The notes under the pieces are model-generated. The model was not told where the DNA came from. It made no database searches and worked only from the letters and a program-made list of their open reading frames with translations. Positions 60,219 through 64,000 of a DNA stretch of 64,000 bases are shown here, piece by piece. The DNA is taken from positions 62,001 through 126,000 of the forward strand of contig MU626272.1 of assembly GCA_025603075.1 (NCBI GenBank), given 5' to 3'. Position numbers and translations under genes: made by a program. Position 1 is the first letter of the stretch. The number at the start of each line of letters is the position of its first letter. Source of the stretch: Neoconidiobolus thromboides FSU 785. Lineage: Eukaryota; Fungi; Entomophthoromycota.

Positions 60219-60680
60219 TGTGAAATATCGCTTTACCAGTCCCATGGTTAATTATAGCATAACAATCGCCTAAGCTGTTGTGTTCTCGAGTTCAGAGAAA
60301 ATCAATCCCACGTTCTTAGTTTGATTTGCTATAAGAATTTCTAGCTCTATCCCAAAGAATATTATCTTCTCATTTTGATATTTATACTTTTCAGAGTATA
60401 AAACAGATTTTAGAGTATAGTAGTTCAAGGCTTTTTAACTGAATTATTCCCTGATATCTCGAACATTTGATAAAGTCACTAAGTTTTCTTAGTAGTATTT
60501 TACGTAGATTTACATTAGTATTGTCTATTCTATTTGTCTTATATAGCTTGTAACCTATTACATGGTATTCCTCATAATCCAAGTCTATCTTAGTCACATA
60601 AACTAAGACCCTTTGACTTACAATTAGCTAATCAAGCAAAAAGTGCTTTTGACTCCAACCACTGAGTATCAGTTTTCACA
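60219..60680 (+). mobile_element. Solo-LTR-like element (copy B, 462 bp)
   Basis: TGTGAAAT...TTTTCACA; colinear with 61890-62353; no matching flanking TSD. Confidence 0.75.
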
Positions 60681-60763
60681 AACTATTAGACACTAACTTT
60701 CATATCTATTTAAAAAAAGATTACTTCATATATCTAAATGATCTAATTTTTTATTTTAAAATT

Positions 60764-60870
60764 ATATGGGGGTGTTTTTTTCAACTTCATTACTTTTTCT
60801 ATCTTTTAAGCACTATTTGAGCAGAAATTTTGTTAGTAAAGTTCTTGAACACAAAAATATATCCCCATAT
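60764..60870 (-). mobile_element. MITE-like family copy
   Basis: ATATGGGGGTGTTTTTT...AAAATATATCCCCATAT. Confidence 0.85.
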
Positions 60871-61538
60871 TTTTGGTTTTTGAGTATTTTTAATTTGATT
60901 ATATTTAAGCAATAAACTTCATTAAAAAAACGTTAATATTGAAATTTTGAAGTAAATTTAAAATTCTATATAACTGGCTAATTCCTATTTCCTTTCAAAA
61001 TTAGATTAGATTTGTAAAAATTAAAATTAAATTCAAAATCTTAGATTTTTATTAAATTGTATACTTTTTTATAACAGGTATAATTTAGTAAAAACAACAT
61101 CCAAATAAGTTAAAAATAAAATAGTATATTTTTTGTTTTGAAATTATATTTTTATCTGCAACAACAAAAAGTTCATATAAGGTTTAAAAATTGAAAACTT
61201 GAAAGAATCATTCAAAATTTAAAAACTAATTGTAATATCTACTGGTGTAATTTTAGGCGTTTCTATTGACCAATTTGTTTTTCAATAAAAAATATTTATC
61301 AGAATAGTCACATCGCTGCTACTTTAGACCCTCCTTTTTAATAAATAAAAGCTTCTTTTAACTTTTCATTTTTTTATAGTTTCATTTACCTTTAAAACGG
61401 ATAGCATGTTCAAATTAGAGAACCTTAGAAGAAGTATAATCAAAGACATATTATATCACCTACCAGATAAATATAAAATCAACTTACTTTTGTGTTATAA
61501 AAAATGAAACAAATTAATATTGTCAATACTATAGGAAT

Positions 61539-61645
61539 ACATGGGGGTATATTTTTATGTTTAAGAACTTTACTAACAATTTTTCCACTCAAATAGGGCT
61601 TAAAAGATGGAAGAAATAATGAAGCCAAAAAGAACACCCCCGTAT
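61539..61645 (+). mobile_element. MITE-like family copy inside the F-box pseudogene
   Basis: ACAT-GGGGGTATATTTT...AACACCCCC-GTAT; removal restores the E-Y-M-I frame. Confidence 0.85.
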
Positions 61646-61889
61646 GATATCAAATCGCCCTCGCAACTACGATAAAGATGTGGTTGAATCCCATAAAAAA
61701 CATGGATATTATATCAAGAGACTAAATCTTAAAATGTGTGCAAATTTACTGGCTGATATTTCTTTACACCCAAATAGTATTGAATTATACATGCACTTGA
61801 ACAACTATTTAAACAATAAACATAACTTAAAAAATGCTCCATTGGTTGATGTTTGTTATGTTGATGATATTAGTAATATTCAATTGAAG

Positions 61890-62353
61890 TGTGAAATATC
61901 GCTTTGTCAGTCCCATGGTTAATTATAACATAACAATCGCCTAAGCTGTTGTGTTCTCGAGCTCAGAGGAAATCAATCCCATGTTCTTATTTTGATTTGT
62001 TATGAGAATTTCTAGCTCCGTCCAAAAGAATATTATCTTCTCATTTTGATATTTATACTTTTCAGAGTATAAAAGAGTTTACAGAGTATAATAGTTCAAG
62101 GCTTTTTAACTGAATTATTCCCTAATATCTCGAACATTTAATAAAGCCACTAAGTTTTCTTAATAGTATTTTACATAGATTTTACATTAGTATTGTCTAT
62201 TCTATTTGTCTTATATAGCTTGTAACCTATTACATGGTATTCCTCATAATCCAAGTCTATCTTAGTCACATAAAGTAAGACCTTTCGACTTATAGTGTAG
62301 TCAACCCAACAATAGCTGTTCTTGACTCCAAACCCTGAGTACCAGATTTCACA
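61890..62353 (+). mobile_element. Solo-LTR-like element (copy C, 464 bp) with a 4-bp TSD
   Basis: GAAG-TGTGAAAT...ATTTCACA-GAAG; segment absent from the paralogous pseudogene at 40.5-41.4 kb. Confidence 0.85.
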
Positions 62354-62819
62354 GAAGAGTACATAATTGTAAATAGGATTTATTTCAAAGAAGTATTCCA
62401 AAAGTTAAAGTTTTTAGAAATTTATTCTATTGACGGATATTTCAAAAGATCGGTTCTACTAGTTCTACTAGTTTTACTCTCAGCTATAAGCACTTTGATA
62501 TTTAATATCTATGGCAGTGAAATACCGTGTTTTGAAATTCTTTAAATAGATTGGATAATCTGAGGATACTTGAGTTGTGTGATATCGCTTTTAACTTAGA
62601 GCAACTTGCTTATTTATTACATAAACAGTCCTCTCAGTTGAAAAAGTTCAATATTGAGTTTTTAAATAATGAAGGTTGAAATGAAATATGTATAAATTCC
62701 AATAATTATCTAAAACTTAGTACATTCTATTATGACTATTTTGATAAAATAAAGCTTAATAGAGTATCAAATTTAAAGAAGTTATTACTATATGAGGCCG
62801 ATTTACCAGAAATACAAAT

Positions 62820-62926
62820 AGATTGGGGATGTATTTTTTTATCTAATAATTTTACCAACAACTTTTCCATTTAAATAGTGCTTAAAAAATGAAAAAAATG
62901 ATGAAACTAAAAAAACATCCCCAGAT
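62820..62926 (+). mobile_element. MITE-like family copy inside the LRR region of the pseudogene
   Basis: AGAT-TGGGGATGTATTTT...AAAAACATCCCC-AGAT. Confidence 0.85.
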
Positions 62927-64000
62927 ATTATGTTTCCAAATTGAATTATTTGAGTTTATGCTATTGTGTTGACTTCTCATCAAAACATTTTTACTCAATA
63001 TTTAATATGTCAACAATTACGCATATAAAGTTATCTATATGTCCTAGTTTAATATTTTTAGTTAAAGATATTTATCCAAAAAAGTACAACAATTTAATAG
63101 CATTGAAAATCTAATATTCTATCTTGGGAGTCAATTTTTTAAATTCTTTATATACTTTAGCTCCCAATTTACATAATCCCAAGATATAAAACTGTGATTT
63201 TGTTAATGATTTAACACTTTCAATTAAACAAAAGAAATAAATATTAGGCCACAATTTGACTATTGCTGAGTTTGATGATAAGGCTAATGTTAATTCGAAT
63301 GTTTCCATTAAATATGCGTTAGCCCATTTTAGAAAATATCAAACTATTTAAGATGTCCAATTTGGATAGTAGTTTAGCAAAATATATTAACAAGTATGGC
63401 TCAATTTTTAGTAAATTAGTAAAGTGGTGACTTTATTATAGTTAGTACAAAATCTCTTACTATAAAAAGGGCCGTTTATATTCTTTTATTAATTATCTCC
63501 TTGATAACTTTTAATATCCTACTTTGAAATACCTTCTTTTCTTTTCTAAGGCCCATTTACTTTTTGACTTCATCCCTTCCTGATCCTCCATAACCATTTT
63601 TAACTGAATCAAAGCTCAAAGCTTTTTAGTTTCATAGTTGTAAAAGGTGCTATTTTATTTAATTACATACTTGTTTTATTGATTCCAACTTTACAAATAT
63701 AGCTATTATCTATTCCTATTAAAGAGCAATTACTAAATAAATAATCCTAAAACTCTAATATTGTTACTAAAAGATAGAGTAAAAGTATCCTTTTTTTGTA
63801 AGTTTATAAGTAAACATACGTATATTTAGTTACGTTGATATAGGCTATTTATGAGGCAGTATTATATTTTATAAAGTACTCACTATTTTTATAAAAGCTA
63901 TTACCTGAAATATATATTAGAAACCTGAAACTATATCAATAATAAAAAACATTTAGAATAAATTAGATATTTATTATATAATAAATTAAATAAAGAGAAC

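Larger units (their letters stand above)
61397..63351 (+). pseudogene. F-box/LRR pseudogene interrupted by two MITEs and one solo-LTR-like element
   Basis: FKLENLRRSIIKDILYHLPD..CYKK*NKLILSIL*EY (F-box), LDNLRILELCD, NLKKLLLY, FPN*IILSLCYC; the LRR frame continues across the inserts once they are removed. Confidence 0.75.

Noticed and set aside
59885-62401. Three near-identical short ORFs (…TKIDLDYEEYHVIGYKLYK…) as a small protein family
   Set aside because: They lie inside the solo-LTR-like repeat, have inconsistent starts and ends, and reflect the repeat copies rather than genes
3851-62926. Short repeats as a CRISPR array or bacterial REP/ERIC elements
   Set aside because: The copies are dispersed in both orientations with no regular spacers, there are no cas genes, and the DNA is intron-containing and eukaryotic
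63480-63630. Minus-strand GYGGSGRDEVKK resembling an integrase zinc-binding segment
   Set aside because: Too short, the His/Cys ligands are absent and it is surrounded by stops
1-64000. TGA reassignment (none of about 25 genes ends in TGA; TGA occurs at Trp-like positions in a pseudogene)
   Set aside because: Intact genes use TGG for Trp and have no in-frame TGA; the pseudogene also has TAG and TAA stops and insertions; AT bias explains TAA dominance

Overview
Eukaryotic, very AT-rich, gene-dense DNA with short (about 45-60 nt) GT-AG introns. A Zn2Cys6 transcription factor together with CCDC6, WRAP73, carboxypeptidase Q and ZNFX1 homologues points to an early-diverging fungus (inference; Zoopagomycota/Mucoromycota-like). 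Manual intron reconstruction gives about 25 protein-coding genes and 2 related F-box/LRR pseudogenes. No rRNA, tRNA or CRISPR was found. The repeats are 22 copies of a ~100-bp TIR element (MITE-like), 3 copies of a ~463-bp TGT...ACA solo-LTR-like element, a perfect 107-bp inverted repeat and a 28-bp-arm hairpin. Main points of interest: (1) three voltage-sensor-only Hv1-like genes, one canonical and two that have lost the selectivity Asp and most S4 charges; (2) a ZNFX1-like gene with degenerate helicase motifs but intact NFX1 and RZ zinc fingers; (3) an intron-containing bacterial-type cytidylate kinase; (4) a receptor-like protein with an FN2-like ectodomain, one TM helix and an SH3 domain; (5) a nested LTR-in-MITE rearrangement that forms a long inverted repeat; (6) a MOCS1A/MOCS1AB splice switch. 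All assignments come from motif recognition by eye; no database searches were run, and gene ends that depend on inferred introns are approximate.
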